Origin: a virus | Taxonomy: Duplodnaviria > Caudoviricetes | IMG/VR virus record: IMGVR_UViG_3300037517_002510 | Location: 1-50,317 of that record | Reading direction: 5' to 3' (one strand) | DNA length: 50,317 nucleotides | In this document: positions 29,401 through 36,742 of the stretch, piece by piece | Layout of the letters: each line of letters starts with the position of its first letter | Position numbering within the stretch: position 1 is the stretch's first letter | Program-made: the position numbers and the translations under genes | Notes under the pieces: model-generated | The model's input: the letters and a program-made list of their open reading frames with translations, nothing else | The model's database searches: none | Told to the model about the DNA's origin: nothing

Positions 29401-30712
29401 CGAACGGGCGGAGGCGGAGGGCACGCCGCCGGAGATGATTAGGAAGCGGGTCCGCGAAATCCTTCAGGACACCGTGCCGGATGAAATCACGCTGGAAGCG
29501 CGGGACATCCGCCGCATGGTTGGCTACAAGAACACGCCCCGCGGTTTCCTTGGCGCGTTTTACAAGGCAATCTCCGAGGGTGAGAAGCGAATCCCGGGCG
29601 CGAAATACTTCCTCGGCACGGCGTTCGTCCGGTTCGCCGCGAACTACGGCAACGACTACCTGAACTACATGGCCCCGGTGGCGGCCGTCCGGTGGGTTAT
29701 GTCCAGCGGCAGGTTTGCTGGCGGAAAGCATGGCCTGCAAATGACCCCGGTGGAGCGCGAGCTGATGCTGGTGAAGGCGTCGCTTGGAACCGTGGCCGCC
29801 GTGGCGGCGGCTGCGTTGTTCCTTGGGGATGATGACGGCAAGGAGCATGACGTGGACATCACGGGCAGCTTCAAGTCGCTGGACCCGACGCAGAAAAACC
29901 AACTGCTAGCACAGGGGAAGAAGCCCTATTCCATCAAGGTTGGAAACACCTACGTCTCTTACCGGCAGTTCGGCATCGGTGCGGTGCTCGGCGTGGTCGG
30001 TGAGCTGCGCGACCGGCAGCTTTACCAGCCGAAGAAGTGGAGCAAGGAGGACATCTTGGACAAGTTCTCCGACGCCATGCTGTCCGGCGTGCTCATGGTC
30101 CGGGACTCGTCGTCCATCGCGGCGCTCATGCAGACCGTGGGCTTTGCGAACGCCTACAAATACGACACCGGAAAGCTGAGGGAGAAGGACATCCCGAAGT
30201 ATTTGGCCGGCGTCATGGGGTCCATCATCCCCAACGTCATCCGGGACGTGGATGCGTGGTCGGACCCGGGGCTGTATCAGGCGAACACGGGCGGCGAATA
30301 CTTTGTCCGGGCGGTCCCGTTCTGGCGGCGCGAGGTTGGGGACGGGCCGCAGCTCAACGTGCTCGGCGAGAAGATCGAGGTGAACCGCTACCCGTGGAGC
30401 CGGTGGGTGAAGTCCCGCGAACCGGACAAGGCGTGGGATACCTTGGGCGCGCTGGCCGCGAAGGGTGTGTTCATGCCCACGCCCGAGGCGGTGAAGGTCA
30501 CCCCGCGGAACGGCAAGCGCCGGGACATGACGCCTGCCGAACTGACCCGCTACCAGAAGGAAGTGGGCGCCGGCTTCCGTGCTTTTCTTGAGAAGGACGG
30601 CAGCCGAATCCTCCGGCTTCGCGACCCGGACAAGATGGCCGATGCCATCGACGACTTGGCCACGCCGGTCCGGCGCCGGGTGCTGGACGACATCAACCGG
30701 CGGGCACGCTGA
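23402..30712 (+). CDS. Giant internal virion / ejection (polyvalent-type) protein
   Basis: 2436-aa ORF, Ala/Gly hydrophobic N-terminal region, PA-rich linkers, helical C-terminus; last gene of the tail operon. Confidence 0.7.
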   Translation: MGVILDFGKELGTMELPDDMTRKQAEEFARVNGKELRKQRIAERMAEQELETRVDERMAGKPSLYERLGDFAIAIPRSAQEMAGGAVRNVGRYLSQAPLPQDPNSFDSFVAEENLRRRKRTQTEAEAEFNANPFTQAGEDIMEGAGDRFPVVPGREGTLAVQVGSGVGSVLGLAPAVATGPMAPVTAGLMYGASAGESAAMDADQVIKQKIAAALSVGDTGTAAELERTRFQKQNIAAAVTAPIGAVTEATLGVGPALMRRIAGKKAAAGIGVRIAEKLVGRNVPAWAAKRAGGAVEGFGREMLQEGSEQGLSNAAANMVYDPDRNITDGMAEAMIAGGLTGKLVGGTFGVDLEAAQQLASTGAIPSMPLPSSTKQVLQTQPQPAAAEVIEVEAKVVAEEEEGDVVGAESKRQREVDAAMKAADESRKAVTGETELVMDEAGNVTAVPVEAAAPVAPASAVSAPANATSWTVEEPNLELQSKNREEFLAQLPEDEREEWGKQFDRWGVDQTLVSRVEYLEDALQQAASGDVPLIQAMQDEQRRQKLSLPEYWAKLESAYSVYYDESGLRKPSPKKSALRKLPAPVPTETQPVATNAVQEPSPSEGVLREEIPAMGLPQVAEGGRAAEGEVEVVGKETQPGEEQAPAETAITLKGQQWLASPRGEVDSVSGKARVTRFKVRNPKTGAYDYVYAPAGGKVFDSWEQAEAAAGEFITELNKRGAKTRTNENGEIEFVAGPSQPALPAAAPAPQPAPAPAPTPERIRDDLPEAQPIKQQIDELVAEAERRHAAMSPGQTKDLTQPVDLLDAAEKARLNALQMRLRPKSQAEAKADVQRKRAARLDAPAAPVAPAPAPEPTAPAEDKAREDFIETVEDADLNLAEAPRLKSLVKQAVKKGYITEADANEILRIQKSIGGKEDTTDAFDEFKSMLGLRQKQAAPAPAPAPAKRPVREDAAEFDALLLEAGPELGWADNLDALAPQMQTAKMDGTTIAAKMARSTEVAKMRNRALKQMGESTDKAMTPTRKAKLLPKLKALVESERAAASLQDLTTEAENRPMAIPAGELGVGDVLSLPNSRTATVTDVDAEGVVTITGNDNSGVTVQVQDGQTVHVVFRKAAEQSTEFAPKEEEQQPWQMTRAEYAAAAKTRPEPPSIFKALDAISKRNNRAPHNPDAITEQDVAKLKADGLITGTKNFKLTEDGRAKLGDWQMDERDNRNAEADASDRHYELVREAVEQGKQVPENVVGEYETLVPLATPKPATPLKARPLEVVEREIEDNNARIMVIGEALRDIKEGSAQANAQFVKQLRAEEATRRKTVKDLQAERSALRNQPTPKLAAGVKQGDMIASTQTEDFALVGEQGTDGAKAEAEKAAAAKAKAEAQALQDKQQLGLFTPREEQAKMDALTEASSPLQQTGQKALDFLDKLDKQINQGPFSDPLFLVPIAKLALKLAKAFVANGMKLEAAIRKAIADAKAQMPNEEVDEAQLEAALLKAAAEPEAIEPSAATPGERGESQGVFAGNYVKESDEGWAKRAKAWVDKWPDLLTAYEKTVSPKQAEAGLTDAIRKYALNEIMERAVAMLKAQKNPVEMAMARQVIEASAKSLQSISSDAGATLSASNLSQRRYSSLLPVLSLFNLINKQHRKLSFPELTDDVLRQWAINTKAKAIQETKKNLSEAAAIVAREFKIAAKELDLIWGEIFRSSLKNQDATKRAIMREILKHPKLQKLSDDGVAELANLLGREWAKAHKAVYRSEFSKLIELPKVSQNKRLKMMNALPRIIMLANVGVLDNAAFRNAIAPAFGMLTFDGDLAKRVIQLSQEAQEFTGKRRDQAVEKIYHEMLKSGGINPWEVLRDWWYGAVLSGFQTTVDDASGILNGGIHTLMMAGMAGRGMPYVFKAYGKGMREALSEFFPMLWRGDMWRSEDFNQEKPETVLEALSESRNLFKKAIGQMKYMRRVKGAIDHLNGLPTQQAAIALLLHRAGMTAELKRMLDPTPDDIRLARERAEAEGTPPEMIRKRVREILQDTVPDEITLEARDIRRMVGYKNTPRGFLGAFYKAISEGEKRIPGAKYFLGTAFVRFAANYGNDYLNYMAPVAAVRWVMSSGRFAGGKHGLQMTPVERELMLVKASLGTVAAVAAAALFLGDDDGKEHDVDITGSFKSLDPTQKNQLLAQGKKPYSIKVGNTYVSYRQFGIGAVLGVVGELRDRQLYQPKKWSKEDILDKFSDAMLSGVLMVRDSSSIAALMQTVGFANAYKYDTGKLREKDIPKYLAGVMGSIIPNVIRDVDAWSDPGLYQANTGGEYFVRAVPFWRREVGDGPQLNVLGEKIEVNRYPWSRWVKSREPDKAWDTLGALAAKGVFMPTPEAVKVTPRNGKRRDMTPAELTRYQKEVGAGFRAFLEKDGSRILRLRDPDKMADAIDDLATPVRRRVLDDINRRAR

Positions 30713-30723
30713 CGGTTTCCTGC

Positions 30724-30751
30724 TTGACATAGACATACTTAGACATACGAT
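30724..30751 (+). promoter_or_regulatory. Sigma70-like promoter with tandem AGACATAC repeats
   Basis: TTGACA-N16-TACGAT; AGACATAC at 30731 and 30741. Confidence 0.6.
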
Positions 30752-30759
30752 GGCGAGGC

Positions 30760-31812
30760 ATGAATGAACCTTCATCCCTCGCCGTGGCGACTGTCCCGGC
30801 AGCCGGTGGCGCAACCACCATCTCCGCCTTCTCCTCCGAGCTCGCCTTTGTCTCCGCGCAGCGGATGGCCAAGGCGCTCTGCTCGTCCACCATCGTCCCG
30901 GAAATTTACCGGGGCGAAGCGAACCTCGGCAACACGATCATCGCGTTGGAGCTTTCGCACCGGGTCGGCGCCTCCGTGATGGCAGTCATGCAGTGCATGA
31001 CCCCGATTCACGGCAAGCCAAGCTGGTCGTCCACGTTCCTCATCGCCACCGTAAACACCTGCGGCCGGTTCTCCCCGCTGCGATTCCGCTGGCAGGGGCA
31101 GGAAGGCACCGACGCTTGGGGTTGCCGCGCCGTGGCCAAGGAGAAGGCAAGCGGCGAGGAGCTGGTCGGCAGCCTGATCACGATTGCGATGGCCAAGATG
31201 GAGGGGTGGTATTCCAAGGCGGGCAGCAAATGGAAGACGATGCCCGAGCAGATGCTTACCTACCGGGCCGCCGCGTTCTGGACCCGGGCCTACGCGCCTG
31301 AGCTTTCGCTGGGCATGGTGACCACCGACGAGGCGCATGACATCGCGGCCACCGAACGCAGGCGCGGCCCGTCCATCGACCAGTTGCGCGAGCCAGCACC
31401 AGCCAGCGTCACCGTGGAATCGACGGTCGTGGTGGAATCCACGCCGGCAACGCATCCGGTGTGGGGTGAGCAGCGGTTGGACACTGCGCCTCCGCAGCCC
31501 GAGCAGGCGGTGGAAGTCGCTGCCGAACCCGTGGCCGTTGCTCCTAAACCCGATGCCGCGCCCACTACTGCCCCGACTCAGCCCGTTTCCGGCGTCCCGG
31601 AAACCGTCGAGGACGTGCTGGCACAGTGCGGCATCACGTATGACCAGCTCAAGTCGCTGGCCACGGATAGCCAGTGGTGGGAGAAGCCCGAGGAATACAG
31701 CGAACCGAAGTGGCTGCCGGCCGAGGTTGTCTCATGGATTCTGCGGAATCACCGCGGGATTGCGCGGGCGGCGAAGAAGATGTTGGCTATGAAGAAGCCG
31801 GAGGCGGCGTAA
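30760..31812 (+). CDS. RecT/Redbeta-like single-strand annealing protein
   Basis: IVPEIYRG...IHGKPSWSSTFLIA...KWKTMPEQMLTYRAAAFWTR; near a RecE-like gene. Confidence 0.75.
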   Translation: MNEPSSLAVATVPAAGGATTISAFSSELAFVSAQRMAKALCSSTIVPEIYRGEANLGNTIIALELSHRVGASVMAVMQCMTPIHGKPSWSSTFLIATVNTCGRFSPLRFRWQGQEGTDAWGCRAVAKEKASGEELVGSLITIAMAKMEGWYSKAGSKWKTMPEQMLTYRAAAFWTRAYAPELSLGMVTTDEAHDIAATERRRGPSIDQLREPAPASVTVESTVVVESTPATHPVWGEQRLDTAPPQPEQAVEVAAEPVAVAPKPDAAPTTAPTQPVSGVPETVEDVLAQCGITYDQLKSLATDSQWWEKPEEYSEPKWLPAEVVSWILRNHRGIARAAKKMLAMKKPEAA

Positions 31813-31839
31813 ACCACCACCTGCTAGCAAAATCAAACC

Positions 31840-32076
31840 ATGAAAAAACCAAACCTGTCCGTCGGACGCGGCGAAAAACTTCCCGTGTCCAAGGGCGCCG
31901 GGCTCACCGCCAAGGGACGCGCCAAATACAACGCGGCCACCGGCAGCAAGCTCAAGGCGCCCGCACCAAAACCCAAGACTGCCGCCGACAAGGCCCGGAA
32001 GAAATCCTTCTGCGCCCGCAGCGCCGGCTGGGATGGCGAGCGCGGGAAGGCGGCACGGAAGCGGTGGAAGTGCTGA
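31840..32076 (+). CDS. Small basic phage protein (DUF6321-like)
   Basis: GLTAKGRAKYN...RKKSFCARS...KRWKC. Confidence 0.7.
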   Translation: MKKPNLSVGRGEKLPVSKGAGLTAKGRAKYNAATGSKLKAPAPKPKTAADKARKKSFCARSAGWDGERGKAARKRWKC

Positions 32077-32143
32077 TTTTGGCGAGCCGCACTGCGCCCA
32101 GCGCAACGGCAAAGAGTAGCCACCGAACGCCGGGCCTAGGCGT

Positions 32144-32229
32144 GACAGCCGGAGAGACGGAACCTTGTCCGCTGGTGAACCGCGGAACGCTGAACGGTGG
32201 AAAGATGACCGAGACAGCCGGAGAGACGG
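32144..32229 (+). repeat. Two copies of the 17-nt GACAGCCGGAGAGACGG
   Basis: Exact copies at 32144-32160 and 32213-32229 in an intergenic region. Confidence 0.85.
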
Positions 32230-32247
32230 CACCAACTCAAAACGCAC

Positions 32248-33027
32248 ATGACACAGGAACAATACCGGGCACACCCGGCCATCAACATCTCGGCGCTCAA
32301 GGCATTCCGCCGCTCGCCTCTGCACGCAAGGCACGGCTTCGAGGAGGAGCACGAACCGTCCGACGCCATGAAGATCGGTAGCCTGCTGGACCACCGCATC
32401 CTCGGCTCCGACTACCTTTACACCACGTCCCCGTTCGATGACTTCCGCACCAAGGAGGCTCGGGCATGGCGCGACGAGCAGGACCACCGCGGCGTGACCG
32501 TGTTCAAGCAGGAGGAGATCGAGCGGGTCAACTGCATGGTGGATTCGCTGCGCGCACACCCGATGGCCATGCGGTTCCTGACCAAGGGCACCCCGCAGAA
32601 GGTGGTGATAGCACCCTACGAATCGCCGGGCGGGAAGACCTGCGACCGCAAGGGCATGATCGACTGGACGCCCGCCGAAATCCCCGTGCTGGTGGACCTG
32701 AAGAAGACGCGCAACGCCTCGCCGTTCGGGTTCTCCCGGCAGGTGATGGACCTGTGCTATCATGCTCAGGCCGCCTACTACCTTGACCTGTGGAAGCACA
32801 CGTTCATGGAGACTCGCGGCTGGGTGTGGGTCTGCGTCGAGGACATGGCGCCCTATGCCGTGGCCGTCTACTCAGCGGCGCCCGACATGCTGGACGCGGG
32901 CGACAAGCTCTGGCGTTCGTGGCTGAACCAGTGGCTTGAGTGCTCGGACACGGACATGTGGCCGGGCTACAACGGCGATGACATCACGGAGCTGGAACTG
33001 CCGGGCTGGGCGAAAGGAAAGGAATGA
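32248..33027 (+). CDS. PD-(D/E)xK exonuclease (RecE/ExoVIII-like, DUF3799-type)
   Basis: YRAHPAINISALK...IGSLLDH...KGMIDW...VDLKKT...YHAQAAYY. Confidence 0.85.
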   Translation: MTQEQYRAHPAINISALKAFRRSPLHARHGFEEEHEPSDAMKIGSLLDHRILGSDYLYTTSPFDDFRTKEARAWRDEQDHRGVTVFKQEEIERVNCMVDSLRAHPMAMRFLTKGTPQKVVIAPYESPGGKTCDRKGMIDWTPAEIPVLVDLKKTRNASPFGFSRQVMDLCYHAQAAYYLDLWKHTFMETRGWVWVCVEDMAPYAVAVYSAAPDMLDAGDKLWRSWLNQWLECSDTDMWPGYNGDDITELELPGWAKGKE

Positions 33028-33473
33028 CCTTTACCACCGGACAAACCATCCGCATCCGGCGCACGCTCCTTGATTCGTCCGTGAACTTCGAGGATTCGCT
33101 GGCCCGCTTCGAGCGTTACGGTCCGTCGGGCATGGTCTACGCCACCCGCGAGGATGGCAGCGATTCCGTGGCGTTCGCGGAGGAATGTTTCCCCTCGTCG
33201 CATGTCGCCGTGATTCGGGCAAGGGCGGTGGCGCCGGAGGCGCGGCCCGTCCCGGGCACGTTCAACTTCCGGAACCACGCGCACACCAAGCGTGATGTTG
33301 CCGGGTATAGCTACATCCAGCTTGCGGACATGGCGGGAATCACGGTGTCAGTGCTGAAAAAAATGATCAGCGCCGGCAAGCTGAAGTCGGAAAGGATTGG
33401 GCCACGCAGGGCGGCGGTCGCATTCGACGAGGCGAAGCGTTGGCTGGAAAGCCGGAAGGGGAAGGAAGCATGA
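33024..33473 (+). CDS. Protein with C-terminal excisionase-like HTH
   Basis: YSYIQLADMAGITVSVLKKMISAGKLKSERIG. Confidence 0.6.
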   Translation: MTFTTGQTIRIRRTLLDSSVNFEDSLARFERYGPSGMVYATREDGSDSVAFAEECFPSSHVAVIRARAVAPEARPVPGTFNFRNHAHTKRDVAGYSYIQLADMAGITVSVLKKMISAGKLKSERIGPRRAAVAFDEAKRWLESRKGKEA

Positions 33474-33715
33474 ATGCGGATAAGACAGGCGGGCCAGCCT
33501 TTCCGGTCCCTGACTCACACGACGCCAACGGACAGGTGCAATACGGAGCGAACGGCATGACCCTCCGCGACTGGTTCGCGGGGCAGGCGTTGGCCGGTTT
33601 GCTTGGGAATAGCTACATCTCGGAAAGATATGGGCAGCCGGCTGCGGAACGGGCAATTGACGCCTACATATTTGCCGACGCGATGCTGGCCGAGCGCAAC
33701 AAGGAGAAGCCATGA
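33470..33715 (+). CDS. Conserved phage hypothetical protein
   Basis: GGPAFP...GMTLRDWFAGQAL...ADAMLAER, a widespread phage family. Confidence 0.8.
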   Translation: MNADKTGGPAFPVPDSHDANGQVQYGANGMTLRDWFAGQALAGLLGNSYISERYGQPAAERAIDAYIFADAMLAERNKEKP

Positions 33716-34074
33716 ACCTCGCCGCCCTCGCCGCTGCCATCATCACCGTCGAGTCCGGCGGGAATGACTTGGCCATCGGCGATGGCGGAAGGTCGGTCGG
33801 CGCCTACCAAATCAGCCGGGGCACCGTGTCGGATGTGAACCGGATTTATGGGACTCGGTTTTCTTGGACCGGGATGACCAACCGGGAGCATGCTGGCACG
33901 GTGTTCCGGCTTTACGTATCCACCTACTGCACGGAGCGCCGGCTTGGCCGGACACCCACGGAGCAGGACGTTGCCCGAGTCTGGAACGGCGGCCCGCTGG
34001 GGCACACGCGCAAGTCCACCGCCGCCTACTGGAAAAGGGTAAAGCGTGAAATTCAGAATCGACGTGATCGTTGA
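33712..34074 (+). CDS. Lysozyme-like (i-type/transglycosylase) enzyme
   Basis: AIITVESGG...GDGGRSVGAYQI...ARVWNGGP. Confidence 0.75.
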   Translation: MNLAALAAAIITVESGGNDLAIGDGGRSVGAYQISRGTVSDVNRIYGTRFSWTGMTNREHAGTVFRLYVSTYCTERRLGRTPTEQDVARVWNGGPLGHTRKSTAAYWKRVKREIQNRRDR

Positions 34075-34219
34075 GGTGTCGCTGCCGTGCGACGAGAAGG
34101 CGGCAGTGGCGGAAGCCGCGAAGATGCGGGACGCCGTGGAGTTCGAGGTGCTTGGGCTTTTCTACGGGCGGGAAACGGTGACCCGAACCCTTGTCAGGGT
34201 GGCACCGGAGGGGAAGTGA
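34046..34219 (+). CDS. Hypothetical protein (57 aa)
   Basis: GTG-start ORF MKFRIDVIVEVSLP..., translated by hand (below the ORF-track cutoff). Confidence 0.5.
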   Translation: MKFRIDVIVEVSLPCDEKAAVAEAAKMRDAVEFEVLGLFYGRETVTRTLVRVAPEGK

Positions 34220-34221
34220 AG

Positions 34222-34298
34222 TGGAGGCGGCGGCCGGACTCGAACCGGCGCAGGCGGTCCTTGCGAACCGATACTCTACCAACTGAGTTACGCACGCC
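34222..34298 (-). tRNA. tRNA-Cys-like gene with non-canonical anticodon arm
   Basis: D arm ACTC/GAGT, T arm GCCGG-TTCGAGT-CCGGC, U73-CCA end; GCA lies in an aberrant loop; bulged acceptor stem. Confidence 0.7.
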
Positions 34299-34306
34299 TT
34301 GGAAAT

Positions 34307-34381
34307 TGGTAGCGGGGGCTGGATTTGAACCAGCGTCCTCAGAGTTATGAGCCCTGCGATCTGCCGCTGATCTACCCCGCT
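34307..34381 (-). tRNA. tRNA-Met(CAT), initiator-like
   Basis: Full 75-nt cloverleaf AGCGGGG...CTCATAA...TTCAAAT...CCCCGCT-A-CCA. Confidence 0.9.
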
Positions 34382-34384
34382 AGC

Positions 34385-34426
34385 AAAAGCCCGCCCCCGG
34401 AAAGCACAACCAAGCCGGGGACGGGC
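34385..34426 (-). other. GC-rich hairpin with short U-tract just upstream of the tRNAs
   Basis: 12-bp stem (one G-U pair on the minus strand), 14-nt loop CTTGGTTGTGCTTT. Confidence 0.65.
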
Positions 34427-34478
34427 AAACCCCAAACGCAAGCAAGACGTATGCAGTCTGCCGGCGGATGGGAAAGTG

Positions 34479-34661
34479 TCAACCCTGACCGCGGGCCTGA
34501 CCACGCACGATGGCGCGGTTGCCGATCACGGTCGGGGCGGTGGCGAGCGGCGAGTTCACCCGGATTCCACGGATGACCACGCGCCGCTTCACCTGTTTCC
34601 GGCGGGCACGCTTAACCGGTTCCGGCTGCAACCCGCCTTGCTGTTCAGTCTCAGTGCTCAT
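34479..34661 (-). CDS. Small basic hypothetical protein
   Basis: MSTETEQ...; preceded by a TTGACC promoter-like element. Confidence 0.45.
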   Translation of the reverse strand: MSTETEQQGGLQPEPVKRARRKQVKRRVVIRGIRVNSPLATAPTVIGNRAIVRGQARGQG

Positions 34662-34692
34662 GTATGCCAAAAGACATACGATGGCGCACGCC

Positions 34693-34878
34693 CTAGGTCA
34701 ACCGTTTTTCGGGTCCGCCCTCCACGCTGAACTCAGCATGGATGATGCGCCGCGGGTGCCGTGACATGACGCCCTCCACGCCGCGCCGGGCCTCGCGTTC
34801 AACCCGCTCGTCGGTCGGCGCCTTGGTGGTCCACTCCACGATGACGTGGAGCCTTGCCTTGCGGGTGCCCGGTTTCAT
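34693..34878 (-). CDS. Hypothetical protein
   Basis: MKPGTRKARLHV..., ATGA-coupled. Confidence 0.55.
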   Translation of the reverse strand: MKPGTRKARLHVIVEWTTKAPTDERVEREARRGVEGVMSRHPRRIIHAEFSVEGGPEKRLT

Positions 34879-35480
34879 GGCAGCGCCCCCATTGCCGCCA
34901 TGCTCATCGCGGTCACTTCGAGGAACTTTCCCTGCTCCTTGGTCATCACGTAGGCCGGGTCGCACGAGACTGCCAGCATGGACAGCCAGCCCTCACGTTC
35001 TTTCATCGTCTCCTCCGCCTTCCTCATGGACTCGTCATCGAAGGCCACGATGGGGTCCAAGCTGGCCTCGCTGATGCGCTTGGCCTGCGCCTGCATTCGG
35101 GGCGGAATCCACCGGCAGAGGTAACCGACGGCCCGCTCCGGGGTGAGCCCTACCTTGGCGAACTCGGGACCGTGGTCCGGATACTCGCCGTAGCCGGCTG
35201 CCATCACGGCGCACCGGCCTGCCAGCAGGCTGAAGCGGGCGTCGCCCTTGAATTGCGGCGCATGCTTTATCAGCCAGAGTTCGTCCGGGAAATCCAGCCG
35301 GCCCTCCTCGTCTATCCACAGTTCAAACACTTCGTCGTGGATGTAGCGTTCGATCAGGCGGGAGTCGCGCTGCCCCTTCAAGACCCAGTCGAACATCTCC
35401 TCCCCGGTCAGGTGCTGGACTTGGATGGTGCGGGTGGCGGGGTCGATGGTGACTACTTGCTTTGCGTTTGTGCTTTTCAT
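34875..35480 (-). CDS. Hypothetical protein (DUF3846-like)
   Basis: VTIDPATRTI...LWIDEEGRL...LAGRCAV. Confidence 0.6.
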   Translation of the reverse strand: MKSTNAKQVVTIDPATRTIQVQHLTGEEMFDWVLKGQRDSRLIERYIHDEVFELWIDEEGRLDFPDELWLIKHAPQFKGDARFSLLAGRCAVMAAGYGEYPDHGPEFAKVGLTPERAVGYLCRWIPPRMQAQAKRISEASLDPIVAFDDESMRKAEETMKEREGWLSMLAVSCDPAYVMTKEQGKFLEVTAMSMAAMGALP

Positions 35481-35484
35481 GGTG

Positions 35485-36171
35485 TTACTGGTTTTGTGCG
35501 TTGATGGACGAAATGATTTCGAGTGCCTGCCACATGGCGGCCTTGCGTTCGGACAGGTTGGCGCGCTCGCCGCCGATGCTTCCAACTTTGATGCGGACCG
35601 CGCCATCGTCCGCCTTGGACATGATCACGTCGGACCCGATGCTCACGTCCCACCCCTTCGCCGAGGTGAGCGCCGCAGATAGCTCCCGGTATTCGTCATC
35701 GACGTGGTCCTTCTCCTCTGGGATTGGCACCGAATACAGCCCGTGAACCTGCGCGTAATCACTGCGGACCGAAAGTTCCACGACGGGCGTCTCACCCTTC
35801 CACGACACCCGGGCCACGCCGTCGGGTGATACCTCGTCGAACTCGCCGGAAACGAGGCGGACGCCTTCGCCAAGGGTGACCTTGCCGCGGGCATACATCC
35901 GGCCTGCCAGCACATATCCACCCATGACGATCTGACTTTCCCACGGGGTAACCTTGCTGGAATCCAAGCGGATTTGGATGGTGGTTTCGTTGGTGACCTT
36001 GCCGAAGAACCGACGGATGAACTCCTCCGTCTCCGCGTTCAACGGGAGAACCCACTTCTTCCCCCTCCACTTGCCCTTTAGCTGGTGATAATTCGCGTTG
36101 GATGCCCCGTTGTAGGGGCCATCGAAGGTTGCGAAGCGCGCATCCGTCGAGAATGTGATTTTGGTTTGCAT
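35485..36171 (-). CDS. Hypothetical early protein
   Basis: 228-aa ORF with an AAGCACAA leader. Confidence 0.7.
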   Translation of the reverse strand: MQTKITFSTDARFATFDGPYNGASNANYHQLKGKWRGKKWVLPLNAETEEFIRRFFGKVTNETTIQIRLDSSKVTPWESQIVMGGYVLAGRMYARGKVTLGEGVRLVSGEFDEVSPDGVARVSWKGETPVVELSVRSDYAQVHGLYSVPIPEEKDHVDDEYRELSAALTSAKGWDVSIGSDVIMSKADDGAVRIKVGSIGGERANLSERKAAMWQALEIISSINAQNQ

Positions 36172-36259
36172 AGTGCTTGTGCTTTAAGGTGACATACATT
36201 GACACCACTCCGCACCACGGAACAGCCCGTCCCGTGGTGCGTGTGTGATGGCACGCTGC

Positions 36260-36742
36260 CTAGTTCGCCGGCAGCAGCAGGGCGATGGGATGCAGCCACT
36301 TGCCCGGAGGATACTCGCCGCGCTCCAGCCGGAACTCGTCGAGGTGATTGGCCAGCACGCCGGCCACGTCGGTCCGCATGGCCACGTCGGCAACGTGGTC
36401 GAGCAGGAACGGGATGCCGAAGTAGGTGCATTCCTCGGGGCTGTCCCATGTCACGTCGATGACGTTGCCCGCGTCATCGCAGAGCCAGCCGTGCTGCAAC
36501 GGGAACAGCCCCGGCCGCAGCGCGTAGCCCTCGCAATAGATCAGCTTCCCGTCCAAGGCATGATGCAGGCTGTTGTTGAAGCAGTGCTTCGGCTTCATGC
36601 GGCGGAAGCCCTTCGGCAACGGGGCCGGCTTGAACGTCCGGCCATGCGATAGCAGCAGGTCCGCCATGCTGGCACGGTCGGCGCACGACAGCTTCTTCAT
36701 CGCCTCGTTCATGCTGGCGAGGTAGTCGCGGACCGCATTCAC
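36260..36742 (-). CDS. Papain/transglutaminase-like fold protein
   Basis: HCFNNS...YCEGYA...QHGW...VIDVTW (Cys-His-Asp pattern). Confidence 0.6.
   Translation of the reverse strand: MNAVRDYLASMNEAMKKLSCADRASMADLLLSHGRTFKPAPLPKGFRRMKPKHCFNNSLHHALDGKLIYCEGYALRPGLFPLQHGWLCDDAGNVIDVTWDSPEECTYFGIPFLLDHVADVAMRTDVAGVLANHLDEFRLERGEYPPGKWLHPIALLLPAN

Noticed and set aside
28574-30814. Long minus-strand ORFs opposite the giant gene
   Set aside because: Typical antisense open frames caused by GC-biased codon usage.
32144-32229. Mini CRISPR array
   Set aside because: Only two 17-nt repeats, a 52-nt structured spacer and no cas genes.
33024-33473. Excisionase implying an integration module
   Set aside because: Only an HTH similarity. 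No integrase or att core was identified in the genome.
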